The notes beneath the pieces are model-generated. The model saw only the letters and a list, made by a program, of their open reading frames with translations, searched no databases and had not been told where the DNA came from. From Escherichia coli (GTDB lineage: Bacteria; Pseudomonadota; Gammaproteobacteria; Enterobacterales; Enterobacteriaceae), in NCBI RefSeq assembly GCF_050920415.1, contig NZ_CP169309.1: a stretch of DNA of 64,000 nucleotides; one strand, 5' to 3'. A program made the position numbers and the translations under genes. Of this stretch, positions 1 through 11,477 are shown piece after piece (position 1 is the first letter of the stretch; each line of letters begins with the position of its first letter).

Positions 1-743
1 GGTTCGTCGAACTGCGGATCGGCATTCAGCGAAAGTTGGAGTACGCCTTCGTTACGCCCACGGAACATCGCCAGCGCGCGGTGAGAAGGCACCGTTGACA
101 GCGGTTCGTGATGATCGAAATAGTCGCGGAATTTCGCCCCTTCCTCTTCTTTACCGTTCACCACCGTAGAAACCAAATGCGCGTTCTTCCACAGATAATC
201 ACGCACTTTCGCCAGCAGCGCGGCATCTTCGGCAAACCGTTCCATCAGGATATAGCGCGCGCCGTCCAGCGCGGCTTTGGTATCTGCTACGCCTTTATCG
301 GCATCAACATATTGTGCAGCGGCGACTTCTGGCGTGTGCGACGGATCGTTCCACAGTAGGTCGGCCAACGGCTCAAGCCCTGCTTCAATGGCGATTTGCC
401 CGCGGGTGCGGCGTTTAGGTTTGTAGGGCAGGTAGAGGTCTTCGAGTTCGGTTTTACTTAAGGTGGCGTTGATAGCATTCGCCAGTTCGTCGGTCAGTTT
501 GCCTTGCTCGGAAATGGACTTGAGGATTGCCTGACGTCTCTCTTCCAGCTCGCGCAGATAGCTCAGACGCGTTTCCAGATTACGCAACTGCGTGTCATCC
601 AGACCGCCGGTGATTTCCTTACGATAACGTGCGATAAACGGCACAGTATTCCCTTCGTCAAGCAGGCGAACGGCAGCGTCAACCTGTTCCGGGCGCGCCT
701 GAATTTCACCCGCAATAATGCGGCAGAACGAATCATTCATCAT
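1..743 (-). CDS. tex: Transcription accessory protein Tex (YhgF), N-terminal part; gene runs off the window start
   Basis: Minus-strand translation from tandem ATG at 743/740 gives [47 protein letters not shown]..., open to position 1. Missing from the ORF track because no stop lies inside the window. Confidence 0.9.
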   Translation of the reverse strand, partial: MMNDSFCRIIAGEIQARPEQVDAAVRLLDEGNTVPFIARYRKEITGGLDDTQLRNLETRLSYLRELEERRQAILKSISEQGKLTDELANAINATLSKTELEDLYLPYKPKRRTRGQIAIEAGLEPLADLLWNDPSHTPEVAAAQYVDADKGVADTKAALDGARYILMERFAEDAALLAKVRDYLWKNAHLVSTVVNGKEEEGAKFRDYFDHHEPLSTVPSHRALAMFRGRNEGVLQLSLNADPQFDE

Positions 744-839
744 GGTTTGAGTTCATCTTTTCGGATCAAAAATCAGGGGATAGTTATACGGACTGGCTGG
801 CAAAAATGCCAGCCATCGGCAGGAGGTTAAGACTCTTCC

Positions 840-1316
840 TTACGGTTTCACGTACTCGATAGCATTAACATACCAGCTCGCTTCCCCGGCAGGGGTATTG
901 ACCACTGCCAGATCGCCCACTTCTTTTTTCAGCAATGCGCGGGCCATTGGGGAATCGATAGAGATGTAATCTTTACGGCCAAAAATTTCATCGTAGCCGA
1001 CAATGCGAAAACGGTGAGTCACGCCATCGTCGTTTTCAATCTCCACCCATGCGCCAAAAAAGACTTTGCCTTCCTGTTGCGGGGAGTAATCGACGATTTT
1101 GAGATTTTCCATGCATTTAGTGAGATAGCGCACGCGACGGTCGATTTCACGCAGACGCTTTTTATTATACTGATAGTCAGCATTTTCGCTGCGGTCGCCC
1201 AGACTTGCAGCCCAGGTCACTTTTTTTGTGACCTCCGGGCGCTCTTCACGCCAGAGATAATTTAGCTCTTGTTTGAGTTTTTCATACCCTTCCCGGGTAA
1301 CCAGGGGCGTTTTCAT
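840..1316 (-). CDS. greB: Transcription elongation factor GreB
   Basis: Track ORF 840..1352; internal ATG at 1316 gives MKTPLVTREGYEKLKQELNYLW..., the GreB N-terminus (158 aa). The track start at 1352 is an upstream GTG. Confidence 0.93.
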   Translation of the reverse strand: MKTPLVTREGYEKLKQELNYLWREERPEVTKKVTWAASLGDRSENADYQYNKKRLREIDRRVRYLTKCMENLKIVDYSPQQEGKVFFGAWVEIENDDGVTHRFRIVGYDEIFGRKDYISIDSPMARALLKKEVGDLAVVNTPAGEASWYVNAIEYVKP

Positions 1317-1543
1317 CTCGTTGATTCCCTTTGTCTGTTTGATAATGCGCACATTGGGTATAACGTGATCATATCAACAGAATCAATAATGTTTCGCCGA
1401 ATAAATTGTATACTTAAGCTGCTGTTTAATATGCTTTGTAACAATTTAGGCTGAAATTCATACCAGATTTAGCTGGTGACGAACGTAAGCTTTTTTAAGA
1501 ATACACGCTTACAAATTGTTGCGAACCTTTGGGAGTACAAAGA

Positions 1544-3612
<2,069 letters not shown>

Positions 3613-3614
3613 AT

Positions 3615-3649
3615 AAAACGGGAGGAGAAGGAGCCTCCTGTTTTATTTT
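3615..3649. terminator. Intrinsic terminator downstream of envZ (hairpin with flanking A and T runs, likely bidirectional)
   Basis: AAAACGGGAGG (3615-3625) pairs with CCTCCTGTTTT (3634-3644) with one G-U wobble; loop 8 nt; T-run 3641-3649. Confidence 0.75.
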
Positions 3650-3775
3650 GTGCACTCAGTATCTACTGAATGAATACGGTTTCAGACATCGGCACCATAC
3701 GAAGTAAAGTGTACTGTAAGCTGATTGCAGGCTAGCGTATCCTGATTAGTAAAGGCACACTAAAGGAATAGCTTG

Positions 3776-5059
3776 ATGCAACTTACCAACGAAGAACAAG
3801 CACAGATTGCTCGTATAAAAGAAAAAATCCCACGCATTGCCGCACTGGATCCTGAATGTAAGTTATTCGGTTCTGAAGGTTGGAAATATCAATGGCCGAA
3901 GCCTGCCAGCGAGGCGGAAATAGCTTCCTGGGAGAAAAAACATAGCGTCACTTTGCCACGGGAATATCGAATTTTTCTTCGCTATATCGCTAATGGCGGT
4001 CCGGCACATGCCTACGGTCTTGAATCTTTAGGCGGTACAGATATTTATGGCGATATAACAAAAGAAAGCCCTGTACCGCTTTATATGACGCAGCAGGATG
4101 TTGATGTGTTGAATGCTGGCCGTACAGAAGATGATGAAGAATATAGTTTTTTTGACGGCGCATTGACCATTCTCACCCTGGGATGTACTTATGATATTTG
4201 CCTGGTGGTGACGGGGCAGTATCGCGGAAGGTTAATGCTGACTGATGGTGATGAAGATTATCCGTTTGATTTTATATATGATAAAAATTTCCTCAACTGG
4301 TATGAACGCTGGCTGGACGATTTTATTGCTGGCATGAGTATGAAGGGTTTCGATAGAAGTTTGCCAGGAACGCAAATTCAACTGCGTGAGTGGTTTTTAA
4401 CTGAGAAAATCCCGGATTTACGTAGATCCATTTTATTCTCGCTATGCCGTTTTCCACAGATAGAACCCGAAACTTTTGCCCTTTGGGAACATGTTTGCCG
4501 CACAGAGAATGATAAAGAATTGTGTGAAGAGGCATTCACAAGATTACGCCAAAAAAAAGGTTCTTGTGCTGCAGATATTTTTCGACTCTATTTTACAATG
4601 CCAGGTGAATTACGTGATATTGCTATTAAAGATCTCCGTTTTGCCTGTAGAGATAGTGTGGTGAATATTGAGGATTATATTCATTCACTGTTAATAATAA
4701 TGCCTGAACTTGACGATGACACTCTATCCTCAGCTGTCTTTGCTATACGAGAAACAGAGTATAATAAATATGATACTTTTCTGCCGCTTCTCGAACGTAT
4801 CACTGATGACCGTCAGCAAACATTATTGTGGGCGATGAGTAAGGCGCCTGATTTCAATGAAAGCCGAGGATTCGTTGAGTTGGTATTACCGCTTTTTGCA
4901 TCATCAAAGATGGAGAATGTAAGGAAGGCTATTTTGTTGCTCATTGAAGTTAAAGATAATCGTATTCCACCATTGGTTGATGAAGCTGCAACTCGTTTCC
5001 CTGAACTGACCATTTTACGAGAAAACTACTATCTCAGGACGTGGGGACATAAGCCATAA
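3776..5059 (+). CDS. Accessory protein: N-terminal SUKH-1/SMI1-KNR4-like domain plus about 230-residue helical-repeat C-terminal region (putative immunity-type protein)
   Basis: ATG 3776 with AAGGA 8 nt upstream (track start 3773 is TTG). Motif WEKKHSVTLPREYRIFLRYIANGG and later DGALTILTLGCTYDICLVVTG...FDFIYDKNFLNWYERWLDDF resemble the SMI1/KNR4 pattern. AT-rich with rare codons; absent at this position in K-12. Confidence 0.8.
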   Translation: MQLTNEEQAQIARIKEKIPRIAALDPECKLFGSEGWKYQWPKPASEAEIASWEKKHSVTLPREYRIFLRYIANGGPAHAYGLESLGGTDIYGDITKESPVPLYMTQQDVDVLNAGRTEDDEEYSFFDGALTILTLGCTYDICLVVTGQYRGRLMLTDGDEDYPFDFIYDKNFLNWYERWLDDFIAGMSMKGFDRSLPGTQIQLREWFLTEKIPDLRRSILFSLCRFPQIEPETFALWEHVCRTENDKELCEEAFTRLRQKKGSCAADIFRLYFTMPGELRDIAIKDLRFACRDSVVNIEDYIHSLLIIMPELDDDTLSSAVFAIRETEYNKYDTFLPLLERITDDRQQTLLWAMSKAPDFNESRGFVELVLPLFASSKMENVRKAILLLIEVKDNRIPPLVDEAATRFPELTILRENYYLRTWGHKP

Positions 5060-5096
5060 ATTAATGGTTCAGAAATGATCTAACGCGGAGAAAAAT

Positions 5097-5627
5097 ATGA
5101 TCAGGGAACATATTCAGCAAGCGATAAATAATAGGTTAGCATTTGATGGCCCATTCAATGTTGTTCCTGAACCTGCAAGCACTGCGTTTGATGGCCGGAT
5201 CCCGACATTGAAAAACGGTGTCTGGCAGAAGGCCAGCCCTATGTTGCAGGCGCGTTTTGCACATTGTGGACGTTGGTTAAGCGCTACACATGGAAGCTGG
5301 CTAAGTATAAGTGACATGGAAACGCTTTGGCAGGAACACATAGAAGATACGTTTCTTGATGAAATCAAAATGAATGCTGTAGCTTCAAGTGATAATTGGG
5401 ATAACCATGCCTTGGGACTATTTCGTTCTCATCGCCTGTCACTTTTTGCCGGTAGTGATTACAGTTATGAAATGGTTTTTCTCCTTTGGCTAGATAGTAC
5501 CGTTGAGCCAGAGGTCTGGGTTTATGACTGCAATGGGGAATCACGTTATAAAGATCTTAATGATTACCTGAATGCATATATTAATGATGACGTAAGCGCC
5601 TGTGAGCGCTCCTGGCGAGTAGAATGA
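5097..5627 (+). CDS. Accessory hypothetical protein (176 aa) whose C-terminal half resembles a SUKH-type immunity fold
   Basis: ATG 5097 with GGAG 6 nt upstream; C-terminal LFAGSDYSYEMVFLLWLDSTVEPEVWVYDCNGESRYKDLNDYLNAYIND resembles the SMI1/KNR4 C-terminal pattern. Stop overlaps the next start (ATGA). Confidence 0.6.
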   Translation: MIREHIQQAINNRLAFDGPFNVVPEPASTAFDGRIPTLKNGVWQKASPMLQARFAHCGRWLSATHGSWLSISDMETLWQEHIEDTFLDEIKMNAVASSDNWDNHALGLFRSHRLSLFAGSDYSYEMVFLLWLDSTVEPEVWVYDCNGESRYKDLNDYLNAYINDDVSACERSWRVE

Positions 5628-6250
5628 ATAGCCCCCCTTGCCCCTTTGATCCACAAACCGCACATTACCTCGGTACAGTGCAAATCCACTACAGCCCAAC
5701 CACCTTCAACGCTGCCGTTAAGCATTATACCTGTTACATTAAAAAGCGTTTTAAAGGGTTTAAATGGGGAATTGGAACCGCTGGCTTATTGGCTATATTG
5801 CCCATGATCCCACAATGGTTGAAACCTTCTCATGACTTTAAACTCAACGCAATCAGTACGTTAATTCTTCTATTAATGTTGCCACTCCTCTTATCAATGT
5901 TCCTGTTAATCAGCAGAAGAATTAACGATTTTAAGTCAAAAACAAAGCAAGTTACTTTTACGAAACCCGTGCGTTATGCGTTTTATTTCGAGGGGATTGT
6001 TTTTTATGAATCTCATCAGCAGGGCATACTTCGCTGGGAAGATTTGTATAGCATTGACTATGAAGAAGATTATTTGTGGCTTTTTCTGCATTTACCGAAG
6101 AGTTTTCCCAGAGAAGCGACGAAAGCGTTTTGCGATATTTTCATTCCCGCCAGCGCGATAAAAGCGCAGCCTGAACTGGATACGTTTTTTCGTGAAACAC
6201 GCCACTCGCTGGATTATCTGTTTGTCCCGTTTAATTCTGACAGAAAATAA
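5624..6250 (+). CDS. Accessory membrane protein, YcxB-like architecture (two adjacent TM helices then a soluble C-terminal domain)
   Basis: ATG 5624 overlaps the upstream stop. Hydrophobic segments WGIGTAGLLAILPMIPQWL and AISTLILLLMLPLLLSMFLLI, followed by FYFEGIVFYESHQQGILRWEDLYSIDYEEDYLWLFLHLPK. Confidence 0.6.
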   Translation: MNSPPCPFDPQTAHYLGTVQIHYSPTTFNAAVKHYTCYIKKRFKGFKWGIGTAGLLAILPMIPQWLKPSHDFKLNAISTLILLLMLPLLLSMFLLISRRINDFKSKTKQVTFTKPVRYAFYFEGIVFYESHQQGILRWEDLYSIDYEEDYLWLFLHLPKSFPREATKAFCDIFIPASAIKAQPELDTFFRETRHSLDYLFVPFNSDRK

Positions 6251-6283
6251 AAAATCCCCCGTATCTGGTGAAACGGGGGATTT
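6245..6283 (-). terminator. Intrinsic terminator of pckA
   Basis: Perfect stem AAATCCCCCGT (6252-6262) / ACGGGGGATTT (6273-6283); on the pckA strand the hairpin is followed by TTTTTTATTTT. Confidence 0.8.
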
Positions 6284-6302
6284 CGTCGCTTAACTTATCG
6301 GA

Positions 6303-7925
6303 TTACAGTTTTGGACCAGCCGCTACCAGCGCGGCACCCGCAGGGGTGTCGGTGTATTTATCGAAGTTGTCGATAAACAGTTTCGCCAGCGTTTCAGCTT
6401 TTTCCTGCCACTGTTCCGGAGAAGCGTAGGTGTTACGCGGATCGAGGATTTTAGTGTCTACGCCCGGCAGTTCAGTCGGGATCGCCAGGTTAAACATCGG
6501 CAGAGTGAAGGTTTCTGCGTTATCCAGCGAACCGTTGAGGATAGCGTCGATAATGGCGCGGGTATCTTTAATGGAGATACGTTTGCCAGTACCGTTCCAG
6601 CCAGTGTTAACCAGATATGCCTGCGCACCCGCCGCTTGCATACGTTTCACCAGCACTTCTGCGTACTGAGTTGGGTGCAGCGACAGGAACGCCGCGCCGA
6701 AGCAAGCGGAGAAGGTTGGCGTCGGTTCGGTGATGCCACGTTCAGTACCGGCCAGTTTGGCGGTGAAGCCAGAGAGGAAGTGGTACTGAGTTTGATCGGC
6801 AGTCAGGCGAGAAACCGGCGGCAGCACACCAAAGGCGTCTGCGGTCAGGAAGATAACTTTAGTTGCGTGGCCCGCTTTGGAAACCGGTTTAACGATGTTA
6901 TCGATGTGATAGATCGGATAAGAAACGCGGGTGTTCTCGGTTTTTGAACCATCGTCAAAATCGATAGTGCCATCTTCACGTACGGTGACGTTTTCCAGCA
7001 GCGCATCGCGACGGATAGCGTTGTAGATTTCAGGTTCCGCTTCTTTCGACAGCTTGATGGTTTTCGCGTAGCAGCCGCCTTCGAAGTTAAACACGCCGTC
7101 GTCATCCCAGCCATGCTCGTCATCGCCAATCAGGCGACGTTTCGGGTCGGTGGAAAGGGTGGTTTTACCGGTGCCGGAAAGACCAAAGAACACCGCAACA
7201 TCGCCTTTCTCGCCAACGTTGGCGGAGCAGTGCATAGAAGCGATACCTTTCAGCGGCAGCAGGTAGTTCATCATTGAGAACATCCCTTTCTTCATTTCGC
7301 CGCCGTACCAGGTGCCACCAATCAGCTGCATGCGCTCGGTCAGGTTAAACGCCACGAAGTTTTCGGAGTTCAGACCCTGTTCTTTCCACTGCGGGTTAGT
7401 GCACTTCGCACCGTTCATAACGATAAAGTCTGGTTTGAAACCTGCCAGCTCTTCATCGCTCGGGCGAATAAACATGTTTTTGACAAAATGCGCCTGCCAG
7501 GCCACTTCGGTGATGAAACGGACGGAAAGACGAGTATCCGGGTTCGCACCACAGAAAGCGTCGACAACGAACAGACGTTTGCCGGAAAGCTGTTTGGTCA
7601 CCAGGCCTTTAAGATGCTGCCAGGTTTCCGGAGAGAGAGGTTTGTTGTCGTTCTTACCTTTGCCTTTATCAGCCCACCAGAAGGTATCGCGAGTGGTATC
7701 GTCACGGACGATATACTTATCTTTTGGTGAACGACCGGTGAAGATCCCGGTATCGACGGCAACGGCACCCAGATTAGTTAACACCCCGCGCTCATAACCT
7801 GTCAGGCTCGGATCGAGCTCTTCCTGATACAGCAGGTCGTAGCTTGGGTTGTAAACGATATCATGTACGTCACTGATACCATAAGCCTCGAGTTCTTGCG
7901 GGGTCAAACCATTGTTAACGCGCAT
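6303..7925 (-). CDS. pckA: Phosphoenolpyruvate carboxykinase (ATP)
   Basis: ATG 7925 preceded by AGGAG; [36 protein letters not shown]..., P-loop GLSGTGKTT; 540 aa. Confidence 0.96.
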
Positions 7926-8303
7926 TTCACTGCTCCTTAGCCAATATGTATTGCCTGAATAGTAAAGTCTTTTTGGGGGTGTTAACCGCGACAAGGCTCA
8001 TAGATTTACGTATCTGGAGAAATTCATATTTGACAAAAAACTCCGTGATTCCTGTCACGAAACGGTTGCTATTATCGCAGAAATAGCATTTTAGGTGTGG
8101 AAAATGTTCTTAAAAGGTTAAATCTTGGTTTATATGGCGGGAATATTGTGAGTGGAATCGCATTCCTGAATGAAATTGATGCAAATTCAATCAGTAAAGT
8201 ATCGATTCACCACGCTAACTTTTTTTGATTATTTTCTGAAAAAAGCAAAATAGTACTGCCCGGATGCGATAATTAATCCACCTTTTGATTCTGGATAACT
8301 AAC

Positions 8304-10028
8304 ATGGATAACGTTGAACTTTCACCCGCAACACGCTGGGGGATGATTGCTACCGGATTACTTCAGGGTCTAGTTTGCTACCTACTGATCGCCTGGCTTT
8401 CCGGAAAAAATCACAGTTGGATTGTTTATGGCGTGCCTGCGACCGTCGCGTTTTCATCCGTTTTACTCTTCTCCGTGATCTCCTTTAAACAGAAGCGCCT
8501 TTGGGGATGGCTGGCGCTGGTGTTTATTGCCACGCTGGGAATGAGCGGCTGGCTGAAGTGGCAAACTGATGGCATGAACCCCTGGATAGCTGAAAAGGCG
8601 CTTTGGGATTTTGGTTGCTATCTGCTGCTGATGGCAATGTTGTTGCTACCGTGGATACAACAAAGCCTTCGCATCCGCAATGACAGTAGCCGCTATCGCT
8701 ATTTTTACCAGTCAGTATGGCATAACGTACTTATATTACTGGTGATTTTTCTCGCCAATGGCCTGACGTGGCTGGTACTTTTACTGTGGGGCGAGTTGTT
8801 TAAACTTGTTGGCATCACGTTTTTCAAAACGCTCTTTTTTGCAACCGACTGGTTTATTTATCTCACGTTAGGTCTGGTTACCGCACTGGCGGTGATCCTC
8901 GCGCGTACACAGTCACGTTTAATCGACTCTATTCAAAAGTTGTTCACGTTAATCGCCACGGGGTTGCTGCCGTTAGTATCATTGCTAACCCTGATGTTTA
9001 TCATCACCCTGCCGTTTACGGGCCTGAGCGCGATTTCTCGCCACATCTCCGCCGCCGGGTTGCTGTTGACGCTGGCCTTTTTGCAATTGATTTTAATGGC
9101 TATTGTCCGCGATCCGCAAAAAGCGTCACTTCCCTGGACGGGGCCGTTGCGTTGCCTGATTAAAACCGCTCTGCTGGCTGCTCCGCTGTATGTGTTCGTC
9201 GCCGCCTGGGCGTTATGGCTGCGGGTCGCTCAGTACGGCTGGACTGTCGACCGCTTGCAGGGCACGCTGGCGGTGCTGGTGTTACTGGTATGGTCGCTGG
9301 GGTATTTTGTCAGTATCGTCTGGCGTAAAGGGCAAACCCCTCTTGTTCTTCAGGGCAAAGTGAACCTTGCGGTTTCGTTATTGGTGTTGGTAATACTGGT
9401 GCTTCTTAATTCGCCGGTGCTGGATAGTATGCGCATTAGTGTGAACAGTCATATGGCACGTTATCAGAGCGGCAAGAACACGCCAGATCAGGTAAGTCTC
9501 TACATGCTCGAACAGAACGGTCGCTATGGACGTGCGGCGCTTGAGTCGCTGAAAAGCGATGCCGAGTATATGAAAGACCCGAAACGCGCACGGGATCTGC
9601 TGATGACGTTAGATGGAGAGCAACATCTTCAGGAACAGGTATCGGAAAAAGTATTAGCCGAAAATGTGTTAATTGCCCCAGGCTCTGGCAAACCGGATAC
9701 GGCATTCTGGTCGGCCTTAATCCAGGATCGCTATAACGTGATGACCTGTATTGAAAAAGACGCCTGCGTACTGGTCGAGCAAGATCTGAATAGTGATGGT
9801 CAGGCGGAGCGGATCCTGTTTGCTTTTAATGATGACAGAGTCATTGTCTATGGCTTTGACTCAGATAGAAAAGAATGGGACGCGCTTGATATGAGTTTAC
9901 TTCCGAACGAAATAACGAAAGAAAAATTACTCACAGCTGCGAAGGATGGAAAGCTGGGGACGAGGCCGAAAGCGTGGCGCGATCTGACGGTAGATGGTGA
10001 AACGCTAGAAATAAACTTAAGCAAATGA
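8304..10028 (+). CDS. yhgE: Inner membrane protein YhgE (multi-pass, function unknown)
   Basis: 574 aa with many hydrophobic helices; positional and sequence match to the gene next to pckA in E. coli. Confidence 0.88.
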   Translation: MDNVELSPATRWGMIATGLLQGLVCYLLIAWLSGKNHSWIVYGVPATVAFSSVLLFSVISFKQKRLWGWLALVFIATLGMSGWLKWQTDGMNPWIAEKALWDFGCYLLLMAMLLLPWIQQSLRIRNDSSRYRYFYQSVWHNVLILLVIFLANGLTWLVLLLWGELFKLVGITFFKTLFFATDWFIYLTLGLVTALAVILARTQSRLIDSIQKLFTLIATGLLPLVSLLTLMFIITLPFTGLSAISRHISAAGLLLTLAFLQLILMAIVRDPQKASLPWTGPLRCLIKTALLAAPLYVFVAAWALWLRVAQYGWTVDRLQGTLAVLVLLVWSLGYFVSIVWRKGQTPLVLQGKVNLAVSLLVLVILVLLNSPVLDSMRISVNSHMARYQSGKNTPDQVSLYMLEQNGRYGRAALESLKSDAEYMKDPKRARDLLMTLDGEQHLQEQVSEKVLAENVLIAPGSGKPDTAFWSALIQDRYNVMTCIEKDACVLVEQDLNSDGQAERILFAFNDDRVIVYGFDSDRKEWDALDMSLLPNEITKEKLLTAAKDGKLGTRPKAWRDLTVDGETLEINLSK

Positions 10029-10084
10029 CAATGCTTTTATCGGATACGACGCTTTATCTTACCAACAATAACTTGCGAATTATT

Positions 10085-10117
10085 GCGTAGGCCTGGTAAG
10101 CGCAGCGCATCAGGCCA
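10085..10117. repeat. REP (repetitive extragenic palindrome) element
   Basis: GTAGGCCTGGTAAGCGCAGCGCATCAGGCC, a REP-type imperfect palindrome in the yhgE-hslO spacer. Confidence 0.65.
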
Positions 10118-10126
10118 TTACGTCGT

Positions 10127-10154
10127 AAAATCCGGCAGAGCACTCTCTGCCGGA
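10127..10154 (-). terminator. Hairpin downstream of hslO (probable terminator)
   Basis: Perfect 10 bp stem TCCGGCAGAG / CTCTGCCGGA with 4 nt loop; on the minus strand followed by TTTTACG. Confidence 0.55.
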
Positions 10155-10162
10155 CATACTCA

Positions 10163-11041
10163 TTAATGAACTTGCGGATCTGCCGGAGACGCGTTGTTGC
10201 GGATTTCAGCAATATCCATCGCATTGAACAGATAGTGGTTACCGCAGTAATCACAATGCATGTCAATTTCGCCATCTTCCGCCAGGATACTATCGACTTC
10301 TTCATCCGGCAGCGTTTTTAGCGCGTCGGCGCAACGTTCACGCGAACAGGTGCATTTGAACTCCACATCCTGCGGATCGTAAACCGTCACCTCTTCTTCG
10401 TGATACAAACGCCACAACACTTCGTTTGCCGGTAAGGTCAGCAGTTCTTCGGTTTTGATGGTTTCGGTTAGCGTTGCCAGGTGGTCAAAGTCGTCCTGCT
10501 GGGCATTTTGCGCAGGCATTACCTGCAACAACATACCGCCTGCAGCCGGTTTGCCGTCTACGTCGCCGGTGCGAATAAACAGGCGCGTCGGCAGCTGTTC
10601 AGAACGCATAAAGTAATCTTCCAGGCAGGCCGCCAGGGTATCACCTTCCAGACCCACCACGCCCTGATAGCGTTCGCCTTTGCTCGGAGTAATGGTGATC
10701 ACTACGTAACCATTGCCCACTAGCGTTTTCAGGTCGGCATTTTCTGGAATTTCGCCCTGCACGCGCGCCACACCGCGCATCTGCTGGTTGTTGTTACCAT
10801 TAATAACCGCCAGATTCATCGGTCCGTCGCCTTGCAGTTGTACGGTGATATCACCATCAAACTTCAGCGTAGCGGTTAACAGGCTGGTCGCAACCAGCAG
10901 TTCTGCCAGCACGTTTTTAACGGGCTGCGGATAATCGTGATTCTCAAGGATCTGTTGCAGGGTTTCCGAAACGGTTACCAGTTCGCCGCGTACGGCAAAG
11001 TTTTCAAACAGATAGCGATGTAATTGGTCATGTTGCGGCAT
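10163..11041 (-). CDS. hslO: Redox-regulated chaperone Hsp33
   Basis: [22 protein letters not shown]...; C-terminal zinc centre CTCSRERC...CDYCG. Track ORF extends to 11047 (MIM...); start is either 11041 or 11047. Confidence 0.93.
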   Translation of the reverse strand: MPQHDQLHRYLFENFAVRGELVTVSETLQQILENHDYPQPVKNVLAELLVATSLLTATLKFDGDITVQLQGDGPMNLAVINGNNNQQMRGVARVQGEIPENADLKTLVGNGYVVITITPSKGERYQGVVGLEGDTLAACLEDYFMRSEQLPTRLFIRTGDVDGKPAAGGMLLQVMPAQNAQQDDFDHLATLTETIKTEELLTLPANEVLWRLYHEEEVTVYDPQDVEFKCTCSRERCADALKTLPDEEVDSILAEDGEIDMHCDYCGNHYLFNAMDIAEIRNNASPADPQVH

Positions 11042-11065
11042 AATCATCTCTCTTGCAGGTGACAG

Positions 11066-11467
11066 TTATTCACTGTCGCCGTGTTTAAATCGTAACAGGT
11101 CGCGGCGCTCTTTTTTGTCCGGGCGTCGGTCCGGGTGCGGCATGGTTAAGGCATTAAGTTTACGTGCCAGCGCCATTTTTTCGCGTTTCTCTACACTTTC
11201 TGCAGTCTCTTCATACAGCAAGACTGCCTCGCTGGCGGGGCGACGCTGTTCAGTAATCGCCTTTACAATCACCGTTCGTTCGTCATTTCCCTGGCGCAGA
11301 GTGAGCGTGGCATTCAGCTCGACGATTTTGCTTGGCTTGCTGCGCTGCCCATTGTAGTGCACCTTACCGCCTTCGATCATTTCGCGGGCCAGCGCGCGGG
11401 TTTTATAAAAACGGGCGGCCCATAGCCATTTATCCAGTCGAACCTCAACAGCAGGTTTTTCTTTCAT
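11066..11467 (-). CDS. hslR: Ribosome-associated heat shock protein Hsp15 (S4-like RNA-binding)
   Basis: 133 aa MKEKPAVEVRLDKWLWAARFYKTRALAREMIEGGKVHYNG... Confidence 0.94.
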   Translation of the reverse strand: MKEKPAVEVRLDKWLWAARFYKTRALAREMIEGGKVHYNGQRSKPSKIVELNATLTLRQGNDERTVIVKAITEQRRPASEAVLLYEETAESVEKREKMALARKLNALTMPHPDRRPDKKERRDLLRFKHGDSE

Positions 11468-11477
11468 GGCGTCTCCT

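Noticed and set aside
108-830. Plus-strand ORFs 108-359 and 504-830
   Set aside because: Antisense to the tex coding region, which reads open on the minus strand from 743 to the window start.
3613-3775. Possible toxin C-terminal remnant upstream of the first insert gene (as expected if this were the 3' end of a polymorphic-toxin locus)
   Set aside because: Only about 125 bp of non-coding DNA lies between the envZ terminator and the first insert gene, and no frame there extends into a plausible toxin domain.
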